Origin: Anolis carolinensis
Taxonomy: Eukaryota
Assembly (NCBI RefSeq): GCF_035594765.1
Contig: NC_085843.1
Location: 264,159,971 to 264,223,970 of the forward strand
DNA length: 64,000 nt
Reading direction: 5' to 3'
Made by a program: the position numbers and the translations under genes. Shown here one piece after another: positions 24,758 through 37,660 of the stretch (positions within the stretch are counted from its first letter, which is position 1; the number at the start of each line of letters is the position of its first letter). The notes beneath the pieces are model-generated. The model did no database searches and was not told the origin of the DNA. It saw nothing but the letters and a program-made list of their open reading frames with translations.

Positions 24758-25633
24758 TGTTGCACCCCAAGGCAGCGTGAGCACTGGAAACCAAACAGAG
24801 AATAATCATATAATATCTTTATTAAAACAATTATAAATTCAGGAATGAATAAGTGGAAATGATGAGTGGATAATAGTCATTTGTAAAAAGGTATAAATTT
24901 GTCCAAAGAGTTAAAGAGAAATGTCCAATATTATTGTCCAAAGTCCAGAAACTGAAACACGCTCAAAACTGTTGGACAGTTCTTGAAAACAACAAGGAAG
25001 CAAGATGAATAACAAGGTCCAAAGTCACTAGAAAGTCTTTGATATCAAGGCAGGAACGAGATGAAGCTAAAACCAATCTTGATTCAGGAACAAGGCAAGG
25101 AAGTGGATTTACTCTGGGTCTACTTGGGAGTCACGGCTCGGCTTAGCCACCAGGAACAGGAGACTTGGCTTAGTAGAATCAGGAACTAGAGTCGGTGAAC
25201 TGTTCTCAGGAAATCGCTACATTGACACCGCAAAATGTTCACAGTGTGAGCCACTTTTATGGAACTTAGATCTGATCACAGCGAAGGGAAGCCAAACTCC
25301 CCAGAGGTTCCCAAGGGAATCTTCTATTCATTATCCCCTCAAGATGCCAAACGTTGACTCCTTTGGAGCCCTTGTTTTTCTGATCTCTGGCAATGCAGAA
25401 ACTCCCTTCTGATGAAGGATACATTCTCTGGGGAACTCAGAACATCTGGTTCAGCCACGGGAGTAATATTTTCAGTATCTCTCCCAATTAAGGAAGCATC
25501 CGAGCTATCAACAGCTGGGAGCTGTAATTGGAAGGAGCTCTGCGGACTAGGCAAAAAGTCAGAATAAGCTTCATCCTGGTCAAAGTTCATTTTTGAATCA
25601 GGTTCAGAAGCCAAAGGTGGCTGGGGTATGACA
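24758..25633 (-). mobile_element. Solo LTR, Gypsy-like
   Basis: Minus-strand termini TGTCA...CAACA; perfect 5-bp TSD CTTTC (24753-24757 and 25634-25638); AATAAA near the 3' end; ends GGGTGCAACA like the 3811 LTR. Confidence 0.88.
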
Positions 25634-25847
25634 CTTTCTCAGTTTTGAAGGGTCAAAATGGTCAGACCATTTATTCATAGTGGTAAAATACTTCCCTTAG
25701 CTTTTGTTTAACTGCCTGCACTGCAAATATGTTCTGCTCTTCAAAAATATTTGGATCTATTTCATAAGAAGATATCTTGTATCTGATCAGGCTTCTCTGT
25801 TTATTATATACGAGTGTTGTAGAATGATGCTTACTTTCCGGAGCCTT

Positions 25848-26070
25848 AGGATATATCTGCATTTTAGAATTAAGGAAGATTGATGCTACTTTAGCTCCCA
25901 TTGCTCAATGTTAAGGAATCATAGCAGTTGACGTTTGATGAGGCACCAGCACTCTTTAGCAGAGAAAGCTAAATACTTTGTAAAAATACAACTTCCATGA
26001 TTCCATACCATTGAGTCATGGCAGTTAGAATAGTGTCAAACTGCACTGATTCTACAATGTAGATGCACCC
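25848..26070. mobile_element. Harbinger-like MITE
   Basis: Ends TTCTACAATGTAGATGCACC; GAGGCACCAGCACTCTTT core shared with 45579. Confidence 0.75.
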
Positions 26071-26347
26071 TGTGTCAGACATCTTTTATATTACTTCCTA
26101 TGCAGTTTGAATTGGTGATACCAAGGACTGAACATCGAAGATTCTTCATGTAAAGCATATGCTTGAGTTCCTCCCTGTTTCAATGCAGCCAATCTCTCTA
26201 ACACTTTGTGCTCCATTAAATTATTTGAAGGTAAAAGATAAGTAAATTGGACTAGATAAGGTGTGGAAAATCCTCTTTTATATCCTATTATCAGTGGTGT
26301 CTCCAAAGTTTGTAATTACTTTATGCTGTATATTTATTTGTCTAGCT

Positions 26348-27152
26348 CAGGGGTCCCCAAACCAAGGCCCGGGGGCCGGATGCGGCCCTCCAAGGCCATT
26401 TACTTGGCCCCCGCCCTCAGTTTTAGACTTAGGCTCACCCAAAGTCTGAAATGACTTGAAGGCACAACAACAACAATCCTGCTTGATTATCTCATTGGCC
26501 AGAAGCAGGCCCACACTTCCCACTGAAATCCTAAGTTTACAGTATGTTGGTTAAAATTATTTTTATTTTTAAATATTGTATTGTTTTTTCATTTACCAAT
26601 ATTGTAAATGAAATATTGTAAATGAATGATATGGTAATAATATAATATATTGTGTATACATATAATATTGATAATAAATATTATAATGTAATACAATATA
26701 ATATTTATTTATTTATTAAAGTATTTCTACCCCGCCCTTCTCACCCAATAGGGGACTCAGGGCGGCTAACAATAATAATACAATATAATAATATTAATTA
26801 TATATTATATATTAAATGTAATATTACTAATAATATTACGGTATAATGGTATAGTAAAATATAGTAATATATAATGCTAATATTGTGCTATGCTAATAAT
26901 ATAATATATTATATGTACATACAACTTGTAAACCACTCTGAGTTCCCTTCGAGGTGAGAGAGGGTGGGGTAGAAATGTAGCAAATAAATAAATAAATCAA
27001 TGATTGTTGTTGGGGTTTTTTTGCACTACAAATAAGACATGTGCAGTGAGCATAGGAATTTGTTCGTTCTTTTTTTCAAATGATAATTCGGCCCCTCAAC
27101 AATCTGAGGGACCATGAATCGGCCCTCCACATAAAAAGTTTGAGGACCCCTG
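26348..27152. mobile_element. Composite non-autonomous hAT element
   Basis: TIR CAGGGGTCC(C/T)CAAAC; perfect 8-bp TSD GTCTAGCT; carries a SINE tail and two inverted L2-type tails. Confidence 0.95.
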
Positions 27153-27399
27153 GTCTAGCTCATAACTCTTACTTCTATTATGTTACAAAGGATAGGCTTG
27201 GACGGTTATGTTTTAAAAGAAACCAGTTAGTTTGATTATTCTGATCACCTAATGGGCTACTCTGATCAATAAAGTTTCAGAATAATCCCCGGATAGTTTC
27301 TTGCTTGAGGCAACTTTATAATGATTCACCTTCTATTTCAGACATGGAAAGAAAGGAGTGATTGTTGGTCCTTTCTTCATTACTGTTCAGGGGACTGTG

Positions 27400-28402
27400 T
27401 CTTCAAATCAAAGTGTTAGAAGAGACCCCAAGGGCCATTAAGGAATATACAATCAAAGCACTCCTGGGAAATGGACCCTGTTTAACAACTACCCCAAGAC
27501 AACATATGCCATTGTTGAACAGTTCTTACCAACAGGACATTCTTCCTAATGTTTAGGTAGTATATTTTTTTCCTGCAATGCGAATCCATTGCTTTGTGTC
27601 CTAGTCTTTAGTGGATCAGAAAATAAGTTTCCCCCTTCCTCAGTATAATATCCTTTCATATATTTAAACATGTCTATTGTGTCACTTGGGAATCTCCCCT
27701 TTTCCAGACTAAATATACTCAGCTCCCTAAGCGAATCCATTGCTCATAGGCTTAGCTTCCAAATCTTTGATCATTTTGGGCCCCTTCCGTGAACACATTC
27801 TAGCTTGTCAATATCTTTCTTAAATTGTAGTTCCCAGGACTGTACACAGTATTCCCGATGATATCTGACCAAAGCAGAATCAGGGGGTACTATTCCCTTA
27901 CAACCAGGGGTCTTCAAACATTTTAAGCAGAGGGCTATTTCACAGTCCCCCAGACTGTTGTGGGCCTGGACTATAGTTTGAAAAAATATGAATGAATTCC
28001 TATGCACACTTTACATATCTAACTTGCAGTGCAAAAACAAACAAACAAACAAAAACACCCCCCAAAAACCCATGAAAGAACAGTACGATATTTAAAATGA
28101 AGAACAATTTTAACCAACATAAACTTACCATTATTTCAATGGGATGTGTGGGTCTGTTTTTGGCTGATGAGAGAGTCAAGTTAATTAGGATTGTTGTTAT
28201 TTTGTGCCTTCAAGTCATTTCAGACTTAGGGTGACCCTAAGTTTAAGGTTTAGGGTGGCAGTCAGGGAAATGTCTGTCCTTGGAGGGCCCCATTTGTCCC
28301 GTGGGCCTTCGTTTTTTGAGCCCTGCCTTAGACACTGTGCTTCTATAGATGCAGCTTAGAATCACATTGGCTTTTAGCTGGCTTGTCACACTGCTGATTC
28401 AG
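27400..28402 (-). mobile_element. CR1 LINE 3' fragment interrupted by a hAT element
   Basis: Minus-strand ORFs LRELSIFSLEKGR..DMFKYMKG and SALVRYHREYCVQSW..KKDIDKLECV match the CR1 ORF2 C-terminus. Confidence 0.85.
27905..28325. mobile_element. Non-autonomous hAT element, short form of the composite family
   Basis: CAGGGGTCTTCAAAC...GAGCCCTG; body colinear with 45960-46260; TSD decayed (CCTTACAAC/CCTTAGAC). Confidence 0.85.
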
Positions 28403-29944
28403 GTTACTCTACACTAGAAGATAGTGAGAAAGGTGCAGAACAGCTCTCTTAGCAGCCCAAGCACCTGTCATTCAGCACTCTATTGCTATTTCTCAATATC
28501 TACCACAGCTTGCCTAATGGTAGGGTCTACATCGTTCAGATCAAAATCCTCCTGATTCTGTCCTCTTTCCTTGTGCAATGCATGAAATTGCATTTGTGGT
28601 AATAACCTTTGTGTGTCTCTAGCTGTGGTCATGCATATTTTGTAAAAATAGCAACTTGTACAGAAAAAAATATCCTGAATCTGAATATGTTTCATACTTT
28701 GTGTCAGTCTGTCTTTTCCTTTGGAGCCAATTCTGCTGACCTGTGAATCCATTTTTATTTCTAAGAGCTTTGCCACGTTTGTCACCAATTCGTTACAATT
28801 TTGTCATCCCTGAAATTTTACTTTTGCTAATCCATTTAGTAAGTCCTCCACAAGCATTTCATAGTTTGGACACTTTTCAGAAAACATAAGGCATAACTCA
28901 TCACGCTGAGGGGCTTTATTTATAAAGTGACATCAGGGAAATTAGCATTTAATACGTTAGGAGATGGGGTCAAATTGGTGTACCTCATTTTCTGTGTCTC
29001 ATAACTAAGGCCTGGTTATACTAGGGTGAGAAAATATGATCCTTAAGATGTTGTATGGCTGAAATTCCCATCAACCCTAGTTGGTAGAGTTAATGGTGAA
29101 GGATAATGGGATTGCAATCCAACATTGCAGGATGAACTTATTTTTTGAGATAGATGCTTCCAGATGCCTTTAGCCAGAATGGTCACTATAACTTCTCTGA
29201 AAGCTCTGCCAATGTCATATTTCCCTTTTCTTATAGAGGTAGTTTTCCCTCTATTAAAGTAACTTAATTTTTAAGTGGTTCATTTATTTACTTAGAAGAG
29301 AAAACACATAATCTTGCTCCATGTAGATATAGGCCACAGTCAAGAATCAGTTAACTAAGCTTTAAAGGTACTAACTTTGAGTAAGCATAAGCATACCCAA
29401 CACAGATTCAGTGGCCTTGTTGTACAGCAAGCTTGGAAGAAAGCTGTTAGATTGGATGTGACATTCCCTTCAACTCACTCTGCCTCCCCAATGTTTGCTT
29501 TTAGTCAAAAGGTAACAGAGCTATTTTACAAACTGCAAACATTTTTCAATGTGCCGATGAAGCAACACAGGTAATTTTGGGAGGTCTTTCAAATGCATTT
29601 GCAGCAATTTTCTTGTCTCCTTTCAAGTTCTGAACAGCAGTACTAATAGCATCTTCCCTTCCTAGGAAGTAGGTTATAAAAACTGATACTGATACATCTA
29701 AAGCACTTTTAATCCAGGGTCCACATCCTTTATGTGACATGTATATAAAACATGATATAATGATTCCCTGCACCTTTTAAAGTGAGGGTTCTTTTTGGCT
29801 GGTGTGCTTATATGTTTCAGATAAACTGTTTGTACTCATTTATTGGTGAATGAGGCAAGGGCACAATAATAATCACACCAAATTAGGTGTCCACCGAACA
29901 CAACTTTTTGTTGATGGCAGAGTTCACCTAGAAACAGGTGCCCT

Positions 29945-30110
29945 GGTGCATCTACAGTGCAGAATGAATGCAGTTTGACACCACTTTAACTGCCATGCTT
30001 CAAAAGCTATGGATTCCTGGGGTTTGTTGTTGGGTGAGACACTAACCTCCTTTGGCAGAGAACATTAAAAACCATGTAAAACTACAGCTCCTGGAGCCCA
30101 CAGTTTGAAT
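29945..30110. mobile_element. Harbinger-like MITE, partial
   Basis: GGTGCATCTACAGTGCAGAATGAATGCAGTTTGACACCACTTTAACTGCC. Confidence 0.75.
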
Positions 30111-31111
30111 ACCTACTCAAAATGACAGCATGATCTATTAATTTGAATCAGAGCTTCCAGAGACTAGGGCTCAATTCTTCATTCATGCATGAGAAACATC
30201 TGCATGACTTTGGAAAAATTGTATTCTCTCAAATTTAGAGGATGACAAAATAGCCTACAGGCAGCAGGATCACTTTAAGTCAAGTTGATTTAAAGGCATA
30301 TAACTGTTGCTGTTGTCGTCATCGTCCAGATTTTATTTATAAACTCAAAGCTGCATCCATAATAAAATCAATATGGTGTCATATTATACACAGGCTAAAG
30401 AATCCGAAACAAAAATCTTAGGATTAGATCTGGGTTTAGGTGCCTATAATTGAAATCTTGAATGTGACTTTTCAACCCCTTTCTCTGCACTTAAGCTGAT
30501 TCTACACTGCCATATTACGCAGTTCGAACTTGTGAAAGATCGTTGTTTGCATTTGAAAGATTGTTGCTTCAGTATTTATTACTCATTCATGGTATCTAAA
30601 ACCACGTCCACTGCTGTTTTCATAATGTTGCATCATTAGCATTCAACTCCATGAGCACAACATAAAAAAGAGGGACAATAATGTTTTTAAAAATCCCCTT
30701 TAACCATGCTACAGAGACAGAAGCAGACTATGATGGTCTTCTTTTTTACGAGAGCCATCTATCTATTTGATGTTATACAATGTTTGCAGCTGGTAAAATA
30801 TAAAGATTTGTTTTTTCTTTTCTTTTATGAAAATGAAGGAAAGTCTCATAAATCAGAAGGTTAAACAAGTTTGAACCTGTACAGAGACAAGTATACAGTC
30901 AAACCACTTCTCATCCTCAGAGCAAGCAACAATGGAATAAGGGACACGAACATTGCTACACTGTATTATATTTGCAGGGCTCGATCTGCTTCAAATTACT
31001 TAGCAACCTCAAGAATATTTACTTGAGAGACATTCTCAGGATGAGAACTACCCTGAATATGAAGTGAAAAACTATCTGGCATTAATCATATTGGTAAGTA
31101 CCACATGAACT

Positions 31112-31305
31112 GTTATAGTTGTGCATATTCAATTCCTTTTCGACTTATGGAAATCCTATCACAGGGTTTCTTGGCAAGATTTGAGCAGAGAGGGGTTGTC
31201 TGTATCTTCTTCTGAGGCTGAGAGATTATGATATGCCAGTGTGCTGAGAAGAGATTCAAACCCTGGTTTCAACAGTCCTATGTTCAAACCACTATATTAC
31301 ACTAA
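31112..31305 (-). mobile_element. tRNA-derived SINE
   Basis: CGACTTATGG..GGTTTCTTGGCAAGATTTG..CTGAGGCTGAGAG..GATTCAAACCCTGG. Confidence 0.75.
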
Positions 31306-31447
31306 TTGTTACAATGCTGATGCACTTGCAACTGTCACCAAAAACTCAGGTTCCTTTTCACTGTCCAGGTAGCTTTTGGGCATAGAGACTATGCTTCCAG
31401 CTGAACTGTTTTTACAGAAGCCTTCAGCTGGATTTGCTCCTAACAAC

Positions 31448-31642
31448 GGAGTTATGGTGACCTTAAAGAGAGCTTATCACAGGGTTTCCTTGAGAAGGTT
31501 TTGGCCAAAAGTGGCTTGTCATTGCCATCTTTGGAGTCTAAGGGAATGTGACTTGACTAAGGTCACTCAGTGGGTTTCCCGTGTCCAAGCAGGGATTCAA
31601 ATCCTGTTCTCCAGTGCTGTCATTCAACACTCAAACAACTAC
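31448..31642 (-). mobile_element. tRNA-derived SINE
   Basis: TTATGGTGACC..GTGACTTGACTAAGGTCACTCAGTGGGTTTCC..GGGATTCAAATCC. Confidence 0.7.
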
Positions 31643-31750
31643 CCCTGTAATTTGATACGCATACTGAGTGCTGAGAGTATGCATTCCAGGGTTGTTTTGT
31701 TTTTCAAATTCATTCAAATGTGTTTGTTGCCTGAAATAGGTGACATGTAA

Positions 31751-32067
31751 AAAAGGTAAAGGTTTCCCCTGACGTTAAGTCCAGCCGTGTCTGACTCTGG
31801 GGGTTGGTGCTCATCTCCATTTCTAAGCCGAAGAGCCAGCGTTGTCCGTAGACACCTCCAAGATCATGTGACTGGCATGACTGCATGGAGCGCCGTTACC
31901 TTCCTGCCAGAGCGGTACCTATTGATCTACTCACATTGGCATGTTTTCGAACTGCTAGGTTGGCAGGAGCTGGAGCTAACAGCGGCCGCTCACGCTCCTG
32001 GGGTTTGAACCTGAGACCTTTTGGTCTCCAGCTCAGTGCTTTAACACACTTCACCACCGGGGCTCCC
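31751..32067 (-). mobile_element. Sauria SINE, full length
   Basis: Reversed head and tail; perfect 14-bp TSD TAGGTGACATGTAA at 31737-31750 and 32068-32081. Confidence 0.95.
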
Positions 32068-35000
32068 TAGGTGACATGTAATCACTAGGATATTTACAAA
32101 GCTGACAGTAACTTCTCCAGGAGTAAGAGCAGGAAACTGGCACGTTGAACCAAATGCTTATAGCTGGTTTCTGATGAGCCCCAAAGACCCAGACTATTTG
32201 AACTCTTGACTTTTAGTGCTACTGGTAAACAATACAAGGGCTTATTTCTAATGACACCTGTGCTTATATCTGTGTAACTAGAGTGTAATTAGAGATTAAG
32301 AATTCTTGCTTCTTGGTGAGGAGAGGACAGGCTGAAGGAGTGTTGTGGGTAGAAAATTATGGAGGTAAAAGGCGTGTGGAAATTGCAGTTATCACATTGC
32401 CCAGTTGGCTAGGTTTTACCGAATTCTAGTCTTGCAACCTGGTGTTTGTTTTACACCATTAGCTACTCTAGATTCCCACATGTCATGAAAAAGAAAGTAA
32501 AACAGTTATTCAGTATAACTGTCCATATTAAGAAATCCCAGGATTGCAGTTTGGTGAGGTATTTAGAAGGTAGCAAGGGGCCCTGAGAAGAGAGGAACTG
32601 ACAATAATAGTTTTAATTCTGTTGTGAAGAAAACGTTCAGGATATCTTGGGAACTGTCATTCCTGGAAGTAGGCTAGAGTGATCCAGCAGAGAATTCTAA
32701 ATATATCACAAAAATATAGATGCCAGGATTACTTAGTATGAAGAAATAGCAATTAAGGTGGAATGAAAATGATTAGTATACAGTGCAGATATACTTTATG
32801 TCTGTAGACTTCATAGAAGCTGAAATATGGAACAAAACATCACTTTGCTGCCCAATTGTTCTGCAAAAAAATTAAGCTTACTGCTACTTTTCAGTGTCTT
32901 TTGGCTGATGAATGAAACTACTGCTTTGATTAATATCATAATTTGGGGCCTTATTTAGAGGACTTTGTAAATCATACAGTCCAGATTGAAGTCCAGATTA
33001 TGCTATCTGAAGGATACTGCGAATTGTAGTACAAAATAGTAATGTTTCTAAGGTATTTTTTGTGTGGAGAGAGAACATACAGATTAGCTTTGTAACCTTT
33101 CCTGTGGATTGGATCAGTACAATTGTGTATGAAATATGGACTGAACCAAAGTGCAGTTAGATAATTTTGGTACCTCAAGCATTCCAGTTTTGTGAAAACC
33201 GCATTCTAAGGAATGTTCTTTCTCTTGAATATCTATTTCCTATTAAGCAATATTTGTTAAATATCTCAATATATGCTCTTAATTGGTTGCGTTAATACTT
33301 TTTGCTTTAGTGCATTAAACATGAAGAATTGAAGGGAAATTCTAACTAGAGCTTGGAAACTTTAGTCTTCTTAGTTGCCAGAAGCCCACAGCTGACACTT
33401 GTTTATGTTGTGAGTCGTTGCTCTAAAAATTAACTTTTATTAATTCTGATTCTAAACATTTTCTTAAGGGAGATTTTATGAATGCATAGCTTTCCACTGG
33501 GATTTCTTTCAAGGACCCCTCATGAATGCAGAAATCCATAGATGCTTAGGTCCTACTATATATAATGGTGTAGTATAATGGTATCTCTTATATTAAATGA
33601 TGACCTCCTCAAATAAATGCTGGAGTTTTATATTCTAATATTTTGGAGCATGGTTGGTTGAATATCTTATCTGATTTGTTGTTGATCCACTCTTTTGGGC
33701 TTTATGCAAATCTGCTATTTGCCAAAATATATAATCCTGTGCTTTTATTTTCTATTTCTGGCCAAATAGCTTAACCATTGGTTCATGCTATCAAGTATGG
33801 GGTCTGACCAAGGACCACTTGAGGGCTCTTGGTATCCAGTTCGTTAGTTGACCTGTCCATTGGTTGTCTTTTGTTCATGCTACATGCCCTGCCCATCTTC
33901 TTTTTGCCTCATAGATTTAATTGGTTGAATAGATGGATGCAAAATCTATGGATACATCATTACATGATCAAAAATCCTTCCTTACAAGAACCCTTAACCA
34001 ATGCAAATATTGTAACTGCATTCAATTGAATGTGCTTTGAATCCCACATCAGATTTCTGTGTTGAATGTACAAAGTTCCAGAGTCAAGTTGCAGTTGTAT
34101 TGGGGCCAAAGTGGCCCCCTTTGGGGACAATTCCTCTACTATCCAGAAGGTTCCAGAAGGACCATGGATCAATTTAAATTGAGGAAGTCAACTGTTGGGG
34201 TGAGATAACATGAGTAGTACAGACTCTTCACCTTTCAATTACAATTTCAGTACTCGAACAATGAAGTTTGACACTCCAGAACTCTCCTGCAGTTGTAGCT
34301 TTGACTTACATGTTCACACTCTTAGCACCTCGATTTCACTGACTCTGTGAAAGGACTCTCACTAACACAACATGAGAGGGGAGTTCATTTGAGTGGATGT
34401 CAAGACTATCTGAGACTGCTGTTTCAAAAGGAGACGTGACATTTATACACTTAGGAAGGAGGAAAAAACCTTGCAACATCAAGGGTCTCTGTTCTGAAGC
34501 AAAAAAACAAAAACAAAAGCCAGCACTGGAATTAATCAGCAACCGTAATATTAATCAGCTTCTCCAAAATGGAGACAGCTCGATTCTCTATACAAGGATG
34601 TGCACTTAAATCACAGCTGATATAACGTAGCTGCAATAATAAAAATAAAATTTATTTTCTTGTCAATAGAAGCTGAACTTGTGAACCTCTGTGGTGATTA
34701 TGGGCACATACTAACACACACACAACAGTATGAAAGAGAGGCTTCCCTCTTTAACTAGATATAATCAGGTTGACATAATGCTGCTGGAATCCATTCTCTT
34801 AATGATCAATTCCACAATTGTCACAGAGGCGAGGACTAGTTATGTCCTCACTTGATTTCCACAGAATTGTGAAAGAACTTCTCAACGGCGGTGGAGACAT
34901 AAGCATAGGTCGAGTTCTCGCCTGCCAGGGATAGAGCCACAAATGACAGATTATCTCCACCAAGTTATTTTGGTACCCAAGGCAAAAAAACAACAATATT

Positions 35001-35414
35001 TTCCCTACTTTTTACCCTATCTGGTAGCAAGAATACAGTGAGAAAAATGACTTATTTGCTGCCTTTCCATAGCACCCCAATGTAGGGGCTGGCAAATATG
35101 CCAGGTTTGGGAGGCCACTTTTCTTCTTTTGGGTCTGTCCAGGTATTTTATGGACTGCCCCAAATGCCCTCAGAATTATCTAAGGATGAAACACCCAATT
35201 CTTATTAGGAAAAAAGTACTTCATGTTTTAAAGAGTGCCTACAATCTCTTTCTAATATAAGTTGTCTCTCTTAGAGGTTTCCATAAACGAACTGCTTCTT
35301 TAGGACACTTGTAGAAAAAATGCACAGGTGGGCATACACGAAACAAATCATATACAGAAAAGCTTATGTGGTGAGGAGTAAGAGAGAAAGTTTATTTTTA
35401 TGCAAAAAAATGCC

Positions 35415-35492
35415 GAGAGGAAAGAAAGAAAGAGAGAGAGAGAAAAGGAAAGAAGCAAAAGAAAGAGAACAGAAGAGAGAAAAACAAGAACA
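35415..35492. repeat. Purine-rich (GA/AAAG) low-complexity tract
   Basis: Directly visible. Confidence 0.85.
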
Positions 35493-36552
35493 GCTTTCCT
35501 AGATGCCTATTCAGTTCTGAAAGTGTACAGGATCTCAGGACAACACTGCTGCCTTGAAAAGTATGTGTTGGAGATTGTTCTGCAAACCTAAAACCCAAAG
35601 CTTATTTGCTTAAAAATAAAAGCAACAATAATTTTTGATCCTTCTCGAAGTGACTAGAATAAATCAACCAAATTTAGGAATGTGACTTAACTGACTTGTA
35701 ATAATAGATATATTAATTCAGAAGTAAGACCAGTTGGGTTCAATGAGAGTCCCTCTCCGGAAAGAGAGAAAAGGACTGTATTTTATTCTTCTGTTTACAC
35801 TGGGTGAAGGAAGTCGGGTCAGGGCAGGTTTATTTCCTGGCCAGTCCAGAGACATGGTCTTCAGGATTTCTCTAATTTCAGCTTTCAGTATTTTCCTTAA
35901 AGCGTTTGTTTGGAATCCCTATTGGATGTGTGTCCTTTAGCCTTCTGCCTTATTAAAAGAGTGTGAAGTTTGACACTGTATCAAAAATGCCCTTTTGGGA
36001 GTGGAGGAGTGTGATAAGGGCGAGATAAAGAGTCAGAGAGAGAGACTGAGATTTGTGTAAGTATTGTGTGTTTCAGTATAGCTTTTGTGGTGACCCCCCT
36101 TAAAAAAGGAGAGAGACAAAAATAGTCCTTTATTGTCTCCTTGATTCTTTATTCCTTTGTCACAGTTTTATGTTTGGCTGCTTCCTCGCATCTGTTAAAT
36201 CTCCAAAGGAATCACCCCTGCACTTTTGCCTACAGCAAACAGGGCTGGCGAAGATTGGGAACGATGCAGAGTAGTTGTAAAGTTTCCCTGGAGACTGTGA
36301 ATATGCCCAGTCTAAGCAGGTACCAAATTGGTTATAGCTGGCCTCACGGGGATGCTGTGTACAAAAGTCAGAGAAAACTTTCAGCCTGAAAACTGCTAAG
36401 CAAAACTAGACAGGTTATTCAGGTCTTTCCTATGTTTTAATAGCAGAACTTCTAGAAAAACAATGCCACTATAATAAGCACCAAGGACAGCTCAGAGCTT
36501 GTCTTGCCAAAGCTGATAGAAAACGAAAGTGAAATGAAGTCAAGTAAAATGA

Positions 36553-36597
36553 CATGAGTAGACTTAATGTCAGGGGAAAACCTTTACCTTTACCTTT
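36553..36597 (+). mobile_element. Extremely 5'-truncated Sauria SINE / Bov-B-type tail
   Basis: GACTTAATGTCAGGGGAAAACCTTTACCTTTACCTTT flanked by TSD TAAAATGA. Confidence 0.85.
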
Positions 36598-37439
36598 TAA
36601 AATGAGATTGTTTCTGTTTTTGTCCACATATATTTCAAATATAAACATCACTGATATTTAAGATGTATTGGAAACTGAATGTAAGTGCCTGTTTCTTTTA
36701 GTCCACAATGGTTTTATTTAAACCATTTAAAAGTTATAATTCAAAAAGCCCTCAATTTAAAACATTCATTTCCCAAAGCAGTTTTTGTCTAGAGGATGTT
36801 GTTAAAGTATAGAGAGAAAGAGTATACTATAATGATAAAATCCTTCTTGGAAACCAAACCTGGGATTTATATTAGCCAATAAATTTAGTGCCTTTTTTGC
36901 AAAGCTATTCCTTGAAGTTGTGTAAAAGGTGCCTTGTCATAGTACTTCTTGTTCCTCATCCATGTATATTGCATTTAACATGCCTTCTTCTGTTGTTTGT
37001 TATTAGAACATAAATGTGAGTTTTTTGTAAGTATGATTGCTAAGATATACGTTTCTGAGGAAATCACAAGGGGAAGGAAAAGCAGCCTAATCATGAAGAA
37101 TATGCAGACTCATATATGTTTAGTATGACCTCCTATTGGGTTGGTTTGGAGTACTACTATCTGGCAGGCTTAGTGAACTAATTCCGGTGAGAGATGCTGA
37201 AATGTATCAGTGCAAGTTCCTTAAAACTTCTTCCTGGCCATTGCCTTCTGTAGAAAGAGAGTGTAAATATCACCTAAAAGTTTTTCCCCAAGTGGCAGTA
37301 CACATACATATTAAGAAATGCAATGTTCTTGACCCAATAAAGGATCTCTACAGAAGTTACTTTAATGCTGTTGATAGAGTGTAATGTTTACTATCCTTTG
37401 CCTCAGTCCCGACATGACCAAGAAGGGGAGTTTCCTCTG

Positions 37440-37660
37440 CCTGTATTGAGATGCCTCCAAACCAAATGAACTACAACAGAAACAACATTGGATATCTTTC
37501 CTTCTATTGTATGACTTTAAAAACATATATTTGCCTGATGAAAAAGCCAGTGGAGCTTAGAAAGCATACATAATGCATTGCATGCATTTCAATTGGCCAG
37601 GAAAGGTATCACTATTTTGTGTATTTTAGATTTTGCTGCATGGTCACCATGGCTACTTCT
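37440..37660 (+). mobile_element. Old Penelope-like (Neptune-type) 3' remnant with a decayed hammerhead motif
   Basis: CTGATGA-AAAAGCCAGTGGAGCTTA-GAAAGC followed by TTGGCC..AAAGGTATCAC. Confidence 0.5.

Noticed and set aside
35320-35598. K/R/E-rich and F/S-rich ORFs
   Set aside because: Artefacts of the purine-rich tract.
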